Source of the DNA: Phoronis australis
Taxonomy: Eukaryota; Animalia; Phoronida
Reading direction: 5' to 3'
Assembly (NCBI GenBank): GCA_002633005.1
Contig: NMRA01000020.1
Location: 1,012,803-1,076,802, forward strand
Length of the DNA: 64,000 bases
Shown: piece after piece, positions 12,091-25,712 of the stretch
How positions within the stretch are numbered: the stretch's first letter is position 1
Layout of the letters: every line of letters begins with the position of its first letter
Notes under the pieces: model-generated
Told to the model about the DNA's origin: nothing
Database searches by the model: none
The model's input: the letters and a program-made list of their open reading frames with translations, nothing else
Translations under genes and position numbers: made by a program

Positions 12091-14651
12091 CGCAGATTGA
12101 AGGTTATGGTGTGTGGAATAATGACAAATCGAAAAAAAAATCAAGAATTCAAATGAAATATGGAACTGAGCTACGTAGAAGTTTTGACTAATTTGTAATT
12201 CAGTAGAGTTACATTGTCATACTGCTGTAAATAAATCAGTCTCGTCGATCCATTCAATAAGCGTATAAGCTGACATGGAATGTAAACCAATTTCAAAATG
12301 TATTGCTCATCTATCTCTCCCGCACAGTAATAAAGATGTGCTTAATTGCAAATAAATAGGAAGTCACGGCCCTGGGTAATCAAAGCAAATTTACTTGTTG
12401 AAATTTAAATATTTTCAAGGAAATGAACGCTATTATCGTATATAAAACATATTTGCGATGTAGGTTCCAAGTGACCGAGACCGATAGAGTAAATACATGT
12501 ACAACAATGAAAGTAAATCTGAATCAAGATACCTGGTTACTTTCCTGCTTTAGAATTTACTTGTTTGTTCCCTGGCCGCCAGTCATTCACTGACTTTTTA
12601 TGGATCTTCAATATAGCTATGACAATACTAAAACTTATAGTGAAGGGAAATTTGTTATTGAAACAAAACGTGTTATAAAAAGTATTCAAAATTTAGAGGT
12701 ACTCCAATACTGCTTCAGAGACTCTTCAGATAAGGGTTGCGTTGAGGTAGAAAATAGACAATTAAGAAGTATAACGGTGTCCTTATCGATATGAGGAAAT
12801 CACACAATGCTTAGAAAAGTAAAAAACGGCAAAAGCCGGGCTGACCCGATGTTTTTTCAGGTGAATTGCTGAATTTTTTTTTGGATTGAGATTGGCCATG
12901 TCATTCCATTCACTATAATGATTTTGCTGATGGCCAGTTACCATCAACACCAAAAGAAGGCAAGCCATTCCTGCATTTCCGAAAGGTGCCGATTAAAGTA
13001 AAAAAGTATTTGGAGAACTAGAGTCCAACATATTAAATCAGTGCGACGTTCATGTATACCTTTGCTTCATCGACTGTAGCTGAACGTATACTAAATAAAA
13101 ACTGTTTTGGGGAAAAAATCGGTAACCTACCAAGACAGGGTTCAGTTCAGGAACAAGTATACCTGCCCGCGTGCTTATTGAGTAAATGTCTCAGTCAACT
13201 AAACAACCAACTTGCTGATCGATTAGTTCGAGGAAGCATTTGATTCATTGACACAGAATTTTAAAACACATGGTATTTATAAAAGTGGTTAATACGATCA
13301 GCAAGTATCACACTGGGTCGGCTCTGTCACTGAATGGCACGTTAAATGTATTATTACTGTTTGGTGGTGTCTCTGGTCCCTAAGTGAACGTGGCTAAATA
13401 GTCATACATGTATGTTTCGAAGTAAAATTGTCAGTGGTGACGTAAGTAGCAAAAAATACTTTAAAAATTGGGAGTATGCTTCCTTAGCGACTTAGATGGC
13501 TTCATTAATTGCATATATGAACGTAATTGCCAAAGTGACTGAAAATATTGTTATTGAAAAATTGGGGCCCATGAGGGACGAAAAATGTGACGTCACCGTG
13601 CTGAGGTAGCCAGGGGCCTCCGCCTTGGTTACAACTCTTACCACTTACATTGGTACAAACGTTGGAAAATGACCAGTTAATTTCTGCTTTATCAAACACG
13701 TGGTCAATTTGCTGATCTTTATGGATCACATATGATACGACATTTAGTCCAGATTTCAAAATGTTGCTTTTGGGGAATTCAGTCGGTTTGAATAAATGTG
13801 TTGGTGCATGTCGTTTGCCTTCAACGGAATAGTTGCTAGACATGTGAAGTAAACACTTGCAGTCCGTATTCAACGAAGGTCGTAAATGCGGTCTTAATTT
13901 TAAGACGGTCGTTCTATCAAAGCCTCCAGAAGAAGCCTCGAATGAATTATATTTGACACTTGTTAGATTTTTTGGTAGGTGGGCAAAGACGGAAAGCGAG
14001 GATCCAGCCGGGGAGCTCAAAGTAGACCACATGTTTTCAACAAAATTTCAAAATTCTTCATGGCTCATAGAAATCTTAAAAAACACCGATGTCTTGATTC
14101 ATCGTGTCCATTTTGACTCATTATGTCCGTTTCGATTAAATACTCTGCCGAATGTCTAATTCTTGCTATGATGCCCGTTTCCAACCACTACTTCCGCTTT
14201 GACGTATGCGGCAAAATACACAAAATCAACCGTTTTCATGAAGGTGGTTTGGTGTAAAACAATGTTGGCGTAGGTTTGAAGATAACCTGTATTTCACAAA
14301 GGTGATTTAATAAGTGAAGTAGTAAAACGTAAATAGCCCCTATGAAGCCAGTTTTAAAAAAATGCGCGCTTGAATTTGGTTTCTGAGCAGTGATCAGCCG
14401 TTAAAGGCAAGGAAGGGCGTAAGTTGTTGCTCTATCAATTATTACTTTCTGGAAATGGCTGCTGTGACGATCCGAAACTGTAAGAGTAACTTCCCAACTG
14501 TCCGTGTTACAAGAATTTACTTTAGTACGTGTACATGTACCCGTATTTCCAACCTGATTGACTTATTCAGTGACAAGCGTTTACGTTGTCGGGTTGTGTA
14601 CATGTATAATCGTTTTAGACACGCTGAACAAACAATCGCGTGTACTGGATC

Positions 14652-14660
14652 TATATAAAA
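14652..14660 (+). promoter_or_regulatory. Candidate TATA box upstream of GPCR1
   Basis: TATATAAAA about 340 bp upstream of the ATG. Position and motif only. Confidence 0.25.
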
Positions 14661-14993
14661 CGCCAAGACATCGACAAAACAAGTTTGCTTTGTAACACAA
14701 GATAGTGACAAACCTTCCAGAAGATACATAAAACTTCAAATTGAAAACGGAAATAAATTATTCACATCATCTCTCAGTTTTCTCTGACATGAATTTGTCT
14801 TCAATTTTGCCAAAGTGCTTCCCTATGAGCTATATTCTCCTGAGCTTGTAGTGACTGGAACACGTCATCATTGTAGCTGTTGTGTGTTAATTACCACCTT
14901 AACAATTTCCAGGAGAAAATAATCAAAACAATGCATGGCTGAACGTTCATCACTCATTCTTTGTGTATTTTTACAGGTAAAACATCATTAAGA

Positions 14994-16148
14994 ATGTCAA
15001 ACTTGACGGAAATGTTGGTCAACGTCAGTAACATAATCACCGAAAAGAATGGGAGTGATTCGCTCTACGACGGTTTCCGAAAATACCCCACGTTCAAAGC
15101 TGGTGTTACTATGTACAGAGTTTACAACCTATTCCTTCCCCCTATTGGTTTCCTGGGAAATATGCTATGCTTGTCTGTCTTGCTCCATAAGTCGATGAGA
15201 TCGCATTCTTCGTGTATTTATATGGCGGCATTGGCAATAGCTGACGGAATGTACATGTTAGGGCACTTTTTGACATTCCTATCGTCACAACACGTGGAGG
15301 CACTGTTAACGAAATTTACTTGCCAGTTCTTTGGCTGGTTAACATCCAGCACTACCCAGATGTCATCGATGATCCTCGTGGCAATGACCTTTGAACGCTT
15401 CGTCGCCATCAAAATGCCTCTTAAAGCCTCTCGATTGTGTACCCCACGTCGAGCCGGGATATCTATAGCAGTTATTACTATTTTTATCAGTTTGTTTAAC
15501 ATTTATAATTTCTGGCAACGTACAGCTTCAGATGAGTATACTATTCGCATGCAGTGCGTTAACGATGAAGATAACGAAGCTATGGTGAAAGCCTACAAAG
15601 GGATCGTTTGGGTCGATTCGACCATTTATGTCTTTTTTCCGAGCCTGTCACTTTTGATCCTGAATTCGATGATTGTTAGTGCAATTCGATCGGCTAGCAA
15701 AAAACAAAGAGAGATGACCCAAACCGCAGGAAAAACTGACAATACTTCGAAGCAACTGACGAGAATGCTACTCGCTGTCACGGCTTTTTTTCTCGTGACA
15801 ATGATTCCTGCTTCTATTTGGGAAGTTGTACTGGCCTCTGGTCTAGTATCACATCGAAGAACCGGCAAGAACGACATTTACGCGTTACGAATTCTGGTCA
15901 ACCAAATTATAGCATTGTTAAGGGTCCTAAACCATTCACTCAACATCGTGCTGTATTGCATTACCGGACAAAGATTCCGCAAGTGTCTCATTCAAATGTA
16001 CTGCTGTTGTTGCTCAAGGATCAACCCTCCTCTTGTCTCCAAACGATCCAAGTCATCTTATATCAGCGACAGCCGCAGTAGCACCACCGTGAGCACGTTG
16101 GCCGCTTCGTCTATATCAGTCGACAAAGCTGACAAATCAGATCCATAG
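14994..16148 (+). CDS. Class A GPCR, FMRFamide-receptor-like/GPR139-142-like, 384 aa (paralog 1)
   Basis: Seven hydrophobic helices; GN in TM1, LAxAD in TM2, ERF(V)AI at the DRY position, NHSLNIVLY in TM7, N-terminal NxS/T sequons and a C-terminal CCCC cluster. The true ATG at 14994 follows a polypyrimidine-CAG acceptor ending at 14976. Confidence 0.95.
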   Translation: MSNLTEMLVNVSNIITEKNGSDSLYDGFRKYPTFKAGVTMYRVYNLFLPPIGFLGNMLCLSVLLHKSMRSHSSCIYMAALAIADGMYMLGHFLTFLSSQHVEALLTKFTCQFFGWLTSSTTQMSSMILVAMTFERFVAIKMPLKASRLCTPRRAGISIAVITIFISLFNIYNFWQRTASDEYTIRMQCVNDEDNEAMVKAYKGIVWVDSTIYVFFPSLSLLILNSMIVSAIRSASKKQREMTQTAGKTDNTSKQLTRMLLAVTAFFLVTMIPASIWEVVLASGLVSHRRTGKNDIYALRILVNQIIALLRVLNHSLNIVLYCITGQRFRKCLIQMYCCCCSRINPPLVSKRSKSSYISDSRSSTTVSTLAASSISVDKADKSDP

Positions 16149-17256
16149 AGTATGGTCTGGGGCCACAGTTCAGGCGTCTGTAGCTTCCCAAAATGCAGAA
16201 AGTTATGTAGTCAGGTTTGATGGCAATTTTGGGAATAAATGGAATTGATTGCTTCTAACGATATTCAGTAGTACCTTGAAGTTTTTTTTAACTAAATGAA
16301 GTTCAGAAATGTGGCCTCTGCTCTGTTCCACCCGGAAACGGAAGTCCCACTATTCTCAGAGCACATCCTTGTTTTTCCTAAATTTTGGAGTACGGGTACC
16401 TTCAGACAAATTGAAATTGCAAAAATATGGTTGATAATTACACGTTTTACCCAAATTTTTGGAAACTTAAGTGCAAGAGCATTTGGATTCTTGTGTGCTC
16501 TTTGGTACCGGGCAGTCATGATTTAAGGGAGAAAAATGCCAAAATCGCAATTTTTGGTCATTTTAGCCATCTTATGTTTTCCAGAGGACTCAGTTTTGTC
16601 AAATTTCTTTTTGTTTGAAAAAACCAATCGAGTGTGCTTTCTGTGAGTTATGCCTTTTCCAATGTGTTCTGAGACAGGGCGTAAACGAGGGACTTTGTTT
16701 GTACAATCAGTGATTACGTTGGGATCAGCTACTCGAAATGTGGTGTTTGCCCTGTACTCAAAGAAAACGACAATCTGATTGTTAAGATTTACAAAGAACG
16801 TTCCTCCGTGCTCACACAATCCGTACAAGTACGTGTATTTGAGTGCACGGGTAGGCATTTTCATATATTGCACTTACTTTCTGTTAAAAATATCTATTGA
16901 TTCAAACCACTTAATTAGCAGTATAGATTTTGTCTAAATTGCCTTTCACTTGGATTAGTTGTGTTTTTAAGTTTGCGACGAATTGACAGTTTAAGACCAG
17001 GCTAAACATTGACGTTACGTGCTCGTCTTACTATCCGCGGAAACAATATGGAGCGTACTCGGTATTCCTTAGGTGTCACTAGTGAGGCAAAGAACCAGCC
17101 AAAAGAAATGCCTGCACTCATGCAAATCACGAGCGCCCTCATACTGATGAATTGCTTTCTGCTCTCAGTGTATTCAGAAGTAAAAACGAGGGTCCTTTAT
17201 TTTTAGAACAGCATTGTGAATATCGAGTCACCTATACTGTACATGTTGCCTGATTC

Positions 17257-17369
17257 AGCAATAGTCTGATATAACGTGCCCGTATTTTGAGAACCAGTAT
17301 GATGCCCGTTATTTAGAGTGGAGAAAACTGGTTCTCAAAAAATCGGGCACGTTATTTCAGACCATTACC
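17257..17369. mobile_element. 113-bp palindromic MITE with 8-bp TSD (Merlin/MuDR-like)
   Basis: ~40-bp inverted arms (AATAGTCTGATATAACGTGCCCG..GAGAACCAGT / ACTGGTTCTC..CGGGCACGTTATTTCAGACCATT) flanked by a perfect CCTGATTC duplication. Confidence 0.8.
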
Positions 17370-18200
17370 CCTGATTCTGGCACCGGGGAGTGTACACTAG
17401 TTGGAAAATTGGAGGTAATAGTCTGTGAACTGATAAAAGATTAAAGATTATTTTTCACTTATTGAAATGAAACCTTCTCTCGGCAAGAAGGCAGCCAACT
17501 TTATCAAAAGGCTGGTATTCACACGTGACTTCAGACGGCGGATCAGACGTCCAATTTATTCTCTCTTTGGGCGGCTGCGCAATGTGTGCAGTTACAAAAA
17601 TGATAGACTTCCAAAACTATGTTTTTTATGTTATATGAAAGGGAATTGCACGGTCAAAGTAACTGGGGTACTCTTATTAATTTCTTAAGTTTGTATACAA
17701 CAGGTTTCGGTCAGGTATGGTTGAACCAGAGAGTCGGTGTTGAACAATATTTTTGCCAAAATTCAAACAAAGGCTGAGAGATGTTAACTTTCAAAATGAT
17801 TGTCAGTAACAGAAAATACAAAAACGTGCAAGTTTTGCAGAGGAGTTTGATCTGAGTTGTCTTGTAAAAAGTTTTTATGTGAGGAGATGACGCAGCAGAT
17901 ATTTTACATAGCGAACATTAGATGTTCAACTCACACATTAGAAATTGAAAACGGCAAAAGAAATGGAATTGCCCGAGGTTTAAGAACTAATAACATATGT
18001 AATACATACATGTAAGAGATTAAGACAGAAGAACATTTCATGTTACGTTTTCCAGTACTGGTCAATTTAAGAAATAGGTGCATACCACGCTGCCACGACA
18101 TCAGGTCGCTTTTAAACTCGAGAACAGCAAACACTTAAATTTTTTCAATGTATATACATGTACATAGAGCAACGATGATCAGAAACGAAGTATTAAATCA

Positions 18201-18424
18201 TATGTGAGCACCCAGGGGGGAGGGGGAGGGGATAAAAAGGTCCGCCTCAGAGAAACACAGTATCCGAAAAAGTAGAAAACGAGACAGAAGTCCACTAAAA
18301 AGGCAGAAACTACCAAAATTCGGCGAAAGCTCAATGCATAGCTTTGAACGTACCCCGTTTTTTTAGTAAAAGGCCCCATTCTCAAAAATACGAGCCCCCA
18401 TTTGTTAGGCTGGGAGTGCACATG
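18201..18424. mobile_element. CATGCGCGCACCCAG-type MITE
   Basis: Same family as 8100, in opposite orientation. Flanks AATCA/AATAA. Confidence 0.75.
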
Positions 18425-20869
18425 AATAATTAATGCCTGTACACGCATGTATAAAGTTTGTATACACCATTGTGAACTTTGTGCCGGTGGCCTCTTGTTT
18501 AAGCAAAGTTATTATTATATGTGAAAGGATAGAATCGTTGTTACATTTTTACGTTAATTGTCCAATCACCAGCTCCTTTTGCACCAGTGTTGGTAGGTCA
18601 TTCTTCACAGACGGCGTGAACGTGATATTAGATTGAAAAACGCTGATATTAGGACAAGCAGAAGAGCAACCAGTTGTAAATTTATTTTTGATACTACCCG
18701 TATACATGTACAAACAACGTCTTCAAAATGTACGACTATTGATTAAAATCTTTAGACAACATGTAACAAGCATTATCATTTAAAATTATATTTACTTTAA
18801 AATGGTGTAAACGAGTGTAGATGTGTTTTAATACAATTAATTCGTTATAGCTGGTATTTGGTAAATATAATATAGAGCTTGCTGCACTCTTAAGTAATGT
18901 TGTTCTATTGTACTGTACAGTGGGCATATGGCCTTTATTACAGAAATAAATATAATTGATATAATATGATAAACGACCCGTAGAATGGGGATATGGCGAG
19001 TAAATGTAATTGTAAAATGTTGTACTACACGTGGTAAATCAGAACCTATTATTGTTTGTACTCATTTGTAATGCTGTATATGATACGTGTTTGTAGTTGA
19101 TGGTGTAATAAAATGCCAAAGACAGCGCCGATAGGTCTACAGTCAACCGCTACGTCATATATTCAGTGACAAAATTTCCCACGCATTTTAGATTGATAAT
19201 CAATGACTAGGCTGTCAGAAATTTATTTACAAGTGAACGTCGACTTTTCATGACGTTAAATTGGCACTGATAAGCGTGCGATTAATAGGGTTTTGCGTAA
19301 AATTGTGCGGCCGTTGACAAACTAACCTGCAGTCAACGATTTTTCAGAAGACCTGGTGTCTGTGAGAGACTTTTTCGCCATCGATTATTATCACTTCCTT
19401 CCATTCATATCCGACTCCTCGCCCTAGGGCTTCCGACCGTTTTAGCTGACTTAATTACTTTTTGAAAGTCGTCAAAATTTTGGATCAGTCGAATCCTTTT
19501 CTGTTTATTACAGTGTTCGTGGAATATTATACAGTGTGATAAATGTATTTCACAGTCCCTGGCGATGCATTTTTATGCGCAAATGTGCGAGCTGCTTGAG
19601 ACGACGTCAAGTACATTGCAAAAATTGCTTTTCGATTGCAAACCTATTTCATACTCTATGGCCAATTGAAAAACGTGTCATAAAAGTTTGCTTCCAACCA
19701 CCAAACAACGGTGACGTCAGCTATACTTGGAACATTGTTTTAAAAGAATTTTGAGTTCATTTGGTTTTGATCAGCTGCAACAAAATTTCGATTTCAAACC
19801 CGCGTGCTCCTCACCCGAATTCCAATAACGTGGACCTGTGCTTATTTTTTTGCTACGGCGGTCACCACATAGACGGAGTCACGAAGAGTTTCCACGAATC
19901 ATTTCGCCGCGAAACAGCACTTGCTAAATTGAGTTTAAATCTTAATTGTTAAACAAAATACTTTAATGTGAAAAAGTTGACAAGCAATATTCATTGATGT
20001 CCAAGAATAAAACTGCGCTGTTAATTCAACGATGACGCAACAGGCCAAAGTGGTGCTTAAGGAGGATGAGTAGTAAACGACAGTTTATTAGCTGAATGTA
20101 TGCGATGGGGAACTATTTTATTATCAGGAGCATAACACATTATTATTTTGTAATTAGCTGCTATCACGACTTTAGTTATTCAAGACCTACGTGTAAATCA
20201 GTGTTCGTCCCAAGCCGCGGAGCTGTGTTCACCGTCGGGCTTCCGGTATAGTAGCCTGTACGATTGCGTTTGACGGAATGAAATTCTTCTCATGATTTTA
20301 ATGTCATTTACAATTAAAGTGCACATTGTGAAATTTTTTCGACAGCAGTTATATTCTCAAAACTAGGCCGTCGCTCACTGCTCATGCAAGCTAACTGCGG
20401 CCGACAAAGTCGCCGGAGGTTTCGTACTATTGGAACTGTATTTACTAAATTTCACGTATACGCAAATTTTAGGTTGTTGTCACCACTTGAAAAAAGTTTG
20501 TTTACCACTGCCACCGGCAAGAATGGGTCTTCGCCTGGGCTTTTTGTGTTTGCCGTCAGCTTCACTGAGGCGTCTTAGGGTTTTCTAGACGAAAATTATT
20601 TTCAGTATTTTAGACAATTATCTGAATATTCTTAATGTATAGCAATTTTACTTTAATGTTCTAACATTCCGTGTTCGTGGATCTGTTTAGGTTCACCAAA
20701 ATTACATATACACTTAACACAGTCGAACAGACAACCTCACTCACAATGTTCAATCGTTTCCGAATGAATCGCCGGCTCAATTCAGACATGGCGGTGTCTT
20801 GCCAAGCGCGTATTTTTGTGAAGGTTTCGCTTATGATGACCGAGTAATAACTTGAAATTACGTGCAACT

Positions 20870-21579
20870 GGATCTTTAAGACTTAAGATAATTTATCAAA
20901 ATTCTGACCCAAGACGAAAGTTCAGGAAAGAATGCTTCATGAACGCAATGTCGGTTTTTGATCTTCAGTCTAATCTTATGACAGAGGTTAAGACTGTTTT
21001 GTCCTACATTTAAGTGAGAATCCAAACTACGCTTTCGCCATCTGTTCCGAATTCACAAAACTAAGTGAAGCAGTATGTGAAATACGAACAAACAAGAACA
21101 ATCTTAGTCTAGAAACTCAAAATCGATTCATTTACAACATTTTGGATACAGTTAAGACATCGTTTACTTAGGAAGATCCTGGAATTGTTGGATAATGTAA
21201 GTTCGCTTGCGCAGGTTAATCACACTGCATTATCTCTACGATGGTTTTCTGGTTTTCGAATGGTAAGTAGACGATCTTCAATTTGATAACATGAAATAAA
21301 TAGAGCTTGAGATAAATATTAAGGGAAACAAGAGAATTTGTTCCACAACAGTTTACAGTGATAATAGTCGTAAATTTTGATCATTTAGACCAAAAGTCCA
21401 ATCTTAAGCCTACTCCGTAGGGGACTATCTTTCGGTCTTAGCTTAGACAGATTTCAATCTTAATTTTTTTTTCTTAATTAAAAAATTTCGTGAAACGGAC
21501 TGAGACATTTTGGTCTAAAGTTACTGTAGCCCGATTTCGGTCTAAGCTAAGACAAAAAAGGGTTTCCTGAAACGGACCC
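20870..21579. mobile_element. PIF/Harbinger-like element remnant rich in TTAAGAC motifs
   Basis: Right terminus GTTTCCTGAAACGGACCC|CAG (CWG target), resembling the MITEs at 32382 and 45741. Left end not found, so the start is approximate. Confidence 0.45.
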
Positions 21580-24004
21580 CAGGCCTGCCAAGTACAGTCT
21601 CCTTGTGACCTTTGCCATGTATATATGGGCACGGCAGACGGAGAAGTAAGTGAACGATACCTGAGGTGGCAGTTTACGTGTGAAAATACGACTCACAACA
21701 ATTCGTGGGATCTCAAGACTTGCTCATTAACGACGCTAATGGTCGTTTTTCAAATGCATAGGACGGTTTGCGGATCGTAAACATCCGGTGACATCGCAGT
21801 TAACTTGTTAATGTGTAAACTGTATGACGGAAACGGAACCAACAATTGTGACATGCGTGCACCAGAATTAAAGACACGGGTCCACTGCAACATGGGTTTT
21901 GGTGCGAGTACGACAAACCAACCATCATGAAAAAATAAACTTGCCTCAAAGTACATCAAAACGTGCAAATGTTAGCAAGTCTTTCGCGCGAAAGATTTTC
22001 GTGGCACGCGCCATCCAGTCACGCCGAAGTCCATTGTTATATCTAAAACGCAAATAACGACACTGGACACATGCCCATACGTTATCTATGAGGTTACCGG
22101 ATGTTTACGAGCCGGCGTCTGCTCGATAGCTGATTAGGAAAAACGACATTAGCGCCGAAGATGAAATCCCCCAAATTGAATGAACTGGACGTGGTTCATG
22201 CAATAGACTTATTGCAAGATGAAAAACAAAGTGTATTTTGTCCCACTTTCCTTGATATCATAGTGATAACATATACTGCCTGTGGTTTGTAAGACCCTGT
22301 GATGGTTTTCCACTTTATTCGATGTGCGTAGTATGCAACAAAATGGCAATTTTGTTCCACGTACATTTCGGTTAAGTTCCGCAAGTAGACTACTTTTCTA
22401 ATTGTCAGCTCACCTTTTGTTCACTTGAGGCAGACAGCTTACCTCACAGTTATCTGTCTGCGGTTGCCCCTAGGCAATGAAAATATCCACGAACTCTATA
22501 TTTTTTGTCAAGGACACCTATTGTACACAACTCGTATGTTTTTTCAAGCGCACATAATGTACATAACTTGGGTTATTATATTTCACTATTTGTTTTGGGG
22601 AAAAGTTACTAAAATGCCGAGTATTTTGACACATGAAACCTGTTCTCTCATATTCCATGTGTATAGTACACGGATTAACACAAGAAATCTCCGGGACGAT
22701 CAAGGGTCTCCTTCTGAGATTTCAACAAACAGAGTTCCTCTTGACTAAAGAACTAAATAAACACATCGTGAGAAGTCCCGTCCGGTACCATCATTTACTC
22801 CACTAACGACACAGCAGAGAAGTCACTCCCGGAACACTCGTGACGTGATACAGAGGTCAAATTTGTAGGTAAGGTCATACCATACTTTGCTACCAAGTTT
22901 TACAGCATGTATTGCAGTTTGACATATATGTATTCAGAAATTGTTTTCCACGTTTTGCTCTCACTCTAATTATTATGTAATTCAGAAAGTGCCGGGAACA
23001 AGAATGAGATTTAATTGGTTGAAATTCTTGCTACCCGAACTACACGGCTAACGCACGGGTTGTAAACTCAGTTGAAGTTGTGGAGGAACCTCATAAAATG
23101 TCCATATCTGGCCAACTTCGGAAAACCATATCTCAGAAATGATTGATCGGATTCATATGAAAGTTTCAGATATTATCCTTCATGCACTAAAAAATTCAAA
23201 AGCTGTACAGAACGAAAACAAAATGGTAATTTAACAGCGTTGTGATTGAGATTCCATCTTGAACACAAAAATTGGTGGCGTTTTTGATATCATTGTTTTG
23301 CTATTGATATGTAGGCCTACCTTCTTTTTTACTTAAAAAGACATGGCTGTGTGACCCAATTATTGTCAGGCAATGGCAAAAAGTCAAAAATAAAGTTTTA
23401 CAAGCTTTCCACTTTCACAACTTATACAAGCAACCTCGCTTAACTCATCACTTACGGGACACAAATAAAGCGACGACTTAACTACTTATAAATGTAGATC
23501 GTCCTTTTGACAACTTAAGTGCGATATACATGTACATGTACATGTACTGGCATAGCGATAATGACCTGTTATATTAATTTCCACATTATCGATTTCTGAT
23601 GATAAGAATGCGTAGTTTGATAAGTTCAAATAAAGGTGGTTTTCGTCATAATTTGTATTTCAAACCATAGAGCTCTAGAGTTCTATGCTCAAATCTAATA
23701 TCCCTTTAAATACTTTTTGCCGTGGTTTTAATAAAATCCACTACCTAAAATCCCGCAAGTAAGCACATGTGGGTATATGCATTTCTTCGCGAGGTTTTTC
23801 TACATACTTATGCCCCACGTAAAGGCGTGTGCGCATTTGATTGACAGCTATTTGCATGAGCTCAAATTGTCACGTCAATGCTTCACAGCAAGTGTCCACT
23901 TGTGACGACTACACGAAAAATGCTGCATGTAAAAGTCAGGAGAGAGTCAGCTAGGAGCGACAAAATAAGCGGAAACGACGACTTAACCGCAGACTTGTAC
24001 CTAA

Positions 24005-24972
24005 ACTACACGGCTAACGGACTGCAAAACACCGCGTGTCGGATGCAAAAACACGACTCACTTACCTGCAAACACCGTTCACTGACTGAAATGCACGGTC
24101 ACGGACATGCATCCACTTAGAAACACGACACACGGACTACCACACACGGTTTACCGATAAAATGTAGAAATTGGGTTCGACAGCTGTGTAATGGGTGCGA
24201 GATCAAACATAATTTTGATCATATGTTTGTAATTAAATGTAATTGTTGTGAATTGGAAACAATCATCTTCATTTGTTCTACAATATATTTGTGTCCAACA
24301 TCTTTTTGTAAAATAGAATAAAATTCCTGGGTAAATGACTTAGGTAGTGGTGTCAGATTGACGCTCACCATTCAGACGTTTGTGACCTGTTTACTATTAA
24401 GTAAATGCGCAGTAAAAAAGCACTGTTACATTTGGAATGAACTTTAGCATGACTTGATATATGTGTCTCTTGTATTTTTGTACTAAAGGTTCCAAATACG
24501 TGACGGTTGGTCAATTCGCTTTCTGCGTAATAGCCAGTACTTTGCGCTATTTGCCCGGGAAGCCGATGTGTCCATGATCGTATACCGTAATCGTTCGGGT
24601 TAACGCCCATGCTCAGTTAACCGCCCATCCCCGACTTTAAGTGGATTTTCGATTTAACCGCCCACTGCTCGGTTAAGCGCCCCCCTGCGATTTTTGAAGA
24701 TTTCCAGTTAAGCGCCCACCTCTCGGTTAAGCGCCCATCTCCGACTTTTAAAGAATGAAGATTTATTGGGCATGCTTTATTGGGGTGAACCGTGATTGGC
24801 GGTCCGTGTGTCGTGTTTCTAAGTGAATGTGAGTCCGTGGCCGTGTATTTTGGGTGAATGAGTCGTGTTTTGTGAATCCGATCTCGTGTATTTGAGTCAT
24901 TGAACGGTGTCCGCAGGTACATGAGTCGTGTTTTTTTGCGCCCGACACGTTGTTTTGCAGTCCGTTATCCGA
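24005..24972. mobile_element. Element with ~170-200-bp imperfect inverted arms
   Basis: 24005-24165 (..AACGGACTGCAAAAC..AAACACGACTCA..TTAGAAACACGACACACGGAC) is the reverse complement of 24775-24972. Confidence 0.7.
24583..24750 (+). repeat. Tandem GGTTAAGCGCCC-like units, probable pogo/Tc1-type MITE fragment
   Basis: Starts TACCGTAAT; about six variants of GGTTAA(G/C)CGCCC. Confidence 0.5.
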
Positions 24973-25464
24973 CTTGCGTGTCACCTTGCATATACATGTA
25001 TACAATGCACATGTACATGTAAATAAATGGGCGTGTAATTGGGACCAAAACCAATTACGACTTATGTAGACTGACGAGATATGCGATGAGGAGTATATAA
25101 GCAAAGTCGCTTTTCAACTTTTACTGATATAAAATCTATAATTTGTATATATTTGGCTAAATACAAAGACTTGTTGATAAGGTTCTACATAACCTTGAGT
25201 GACTCACAAACTGAGTGCCCGCATTGACACAACACGGCTTAGGCTATATCCAAAGAAAACAGCTCACCATCGACTTCGATCATGTGAGAAACAATTGTAG
25301 TCTTTCAAGTAACAAGGTGGAGGAACTTGGGACCAGATACTAGAGTGAAAGGGTCTGTTAACGAATACAAAATATCCCCCTATGGAACTCACTGCGATTA
25401 AATTTAAGTTCTTCCTCGCATCGCCAGGTGGCGATAAGAGTTACTTGGGGTCAGGTGGCATTCA

Positions 25465-25712
25465 GCCTCCCGTTCAGTAACGCTAGGGCCTCGCTAAAAA
25501 GCAAGACTTCGCAAGATTACGTGAGATATTGTCGTGCATTTTAAACGAGAACACGTGACTCTGACTAGGGTTTAGCTAGTTCCCATGGTAGGTCCTAGCG
25601 TCTACTGAACGCACGCCTCACGTGCTCTCATTTAAAATGCAAGGCAATATCTCACCGTAATCTCGCGAAGTCTTGCTTTTTAGCGAGGTCCTAGCGTTAC
25701 TGAACGGGAGGC
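25465..25712. mobile_element. Foldback/palindromic MITE with ~95-bp arms
   Basis: GCCTCCCGTTCAGTAACGCTAGG..GCTAAAAAGCAAGACTTCGC... mirrored by ...GCGAAGTCTTGCTTTTTAGCGAGGTCCTAGCGTTACTGAACGGGAGGC. Confidence 0.8.

Noticed and set aside
11910-12191. ORFs with HTHT/VCVC repeats
   Set aside because: They are translations of a CA/TATG microsatellite.
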